Origin: a virus
Lineage: Duplodnaviria; Caudoviricetes
DNA length: 64,000 bases
Reading direction: 5' to 3' (one strand)
Virus record (IMG/VR): IMGVR_UViG_3300033388_002430
Coordinates: 1,997-65,996 of that record
The position numbers were made by a program, and so were the translations under genes. Shown in pieces: positions 63,288-64,000 of this stretch. Position 1 is the first letter of the stretch. The number at the start of each line of letters is the position of its first letter. The notes under the pieces were generated by a model that saw only the letters and a program-made list of their open reading frames with translations, searched no databases and had not been told where the DNA came from.

Positions 63288-63677
63288 TTACCACTTGTTT
63301 TCGTTTTCTTCACCAATACGATGTGCTTTCTCTCCACTATCACTCCCTAAGAATTTTCTAAGAATTTGCTTGAACATATCAAAAGGAATAATCACATAAG
63401 GGTCTTCGTAATGCGGATTGACCAGAACTATATCATACTTACCAGTCTTACCGCTGGCACTTTGTACTTGATCCAACATATCTCTAATTCCTTTATATGT
63501 GTAACTCTTTCCTCCTTTTATCTCTATATTGAATGGATCAGTCTTTATCAGGTCTACTCCACCACCTCTGGGTTGATTCAGATTTCGCCCCGCTTCTGGG
63601 AAAAATTCTTTCAATTCATCTCTGAAAAATCTTTCTACTCTATTTCCTTTTGATTTATTAGAATTAGAGATTGTCAT
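63288..63677 (-). CDS. Holliday junction resolvase (PD-(D/E)xK, Hjc-like)
   Basis: KSKG.R.ER...DL......IEIK. Confidence 0.75.
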   Translation of the reverse strand: MTISNSNKSKGNRVERFFRDELKEFFPEAGRNLNQPRGGGVDLIKTDPFNIEIKGGKSYTYKGIRDMLDQVQSASGKTGKYDIVLVNPHYEDPYVIIPFDMFKQILRKFLGSDSGEKAHRIGEENENKW

Positions 63678-63873
63678 TACACTTCACACTTTCCTTTGGC
63701 TGAACATTCTCGCAATTCATGCAGTACAATCGTATATTATCGCTTCCACACCACTTACACCCCACCTCTTGGGTGGTGAGGATTTGTTCAAGGTCTTTTA
63801 TATCAATCATCCCCGTATTGTCAAACGTTTCTGTTTCTGCACACTCTTTCAGTATCGCTTGTGTGTTATCCAT
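63664..63873 (-). CDS. mosaic protein, NTQAILKE family copy 3
   Basis: GGAGG RBS before MDNTQAILKE; 25-nt identity with 1086-1110. Confidence 0.65.
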   Translation of the reverse strand: MDNTQAILKECAETETFDNTGMIDIKDLEQILTTQEVGCKWCGSDNIRLYCMNCENVQPKESVKCNDNL

Positions 63874-64000
63874 GTAAAGCCTCCAAGAATGGCTCGAAGA
63901 ATTTATCATCACCTTCTTTAGCCTTTTCAACAATGGTAGAAATTCTGCCATAGCTCTCATCACCAATCTTTACAGTAGTTCCACGACTGATAGGACATTT

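Noticed and set aside
904-63653. Many short antisense ORFs in the track (e.g. 1279-1551, 29118-29453, 56261-56707, 61410-61754)
   Set aside because: Shadow frames opposite well-supported genes, with no RBS or motifs
1-64000. Alternative genetic code (stop-codon reassignment)
   Set aside because: Long genes are intact in code 11; the single interruption is a frameshift, not an in-frame stop

Overview
The window is most of a dsDNA tailed-phage (siphovirus-like) genome with no integrase, rRNA or CRISPR array. It has three arms. (i) A minus-strand arm (1-23.1 kb, probably continuing at 61.3-64 kb) carries PolA (Leu762 type), UDG, helicase, primase, an SSB-like gene, many small early genes, a DNA methyltransferase, an HslV-like protein, a RyR-domain protein and rmlB. 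(ii) A plus-strand virion arm (23.3-61.1 kb) runs terminase, portal, ChaB-protease/scaffold, capsid, connectors, tail, tape measure and a ~1585-aa fibre, and is interrupted by an ~11-kb glycan block (6 glycosyltransferases, 3 methyltransferases, a sulfotransferase, RmlD, a nucleotidyltransferase). (iii) The minus-strand end holds a GH25 endolysin and a resolvase. The most notable observations: a 97-nt alanine-identity RNA that looks like the tRNA-like domain of tmRNA with no room for an mRNA-like domain; a [S/T]-G-[S/T] motif repeated through the virion proteins, a candidate glycosylation sequon for the glycan block; the palindrome AACAC-N-GTGTT present 13 times perfectly across the genome; a CCWGG-dense early region; three mosaic genes that share short DNA linkers around unrelated modules; and a DnaA-box-like repeat array phased at 22 bp. 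All counts are manual, and product calls come from recognised motifs rather than database searches. The host is uncertain; there are weak hints of Chloroflexota.
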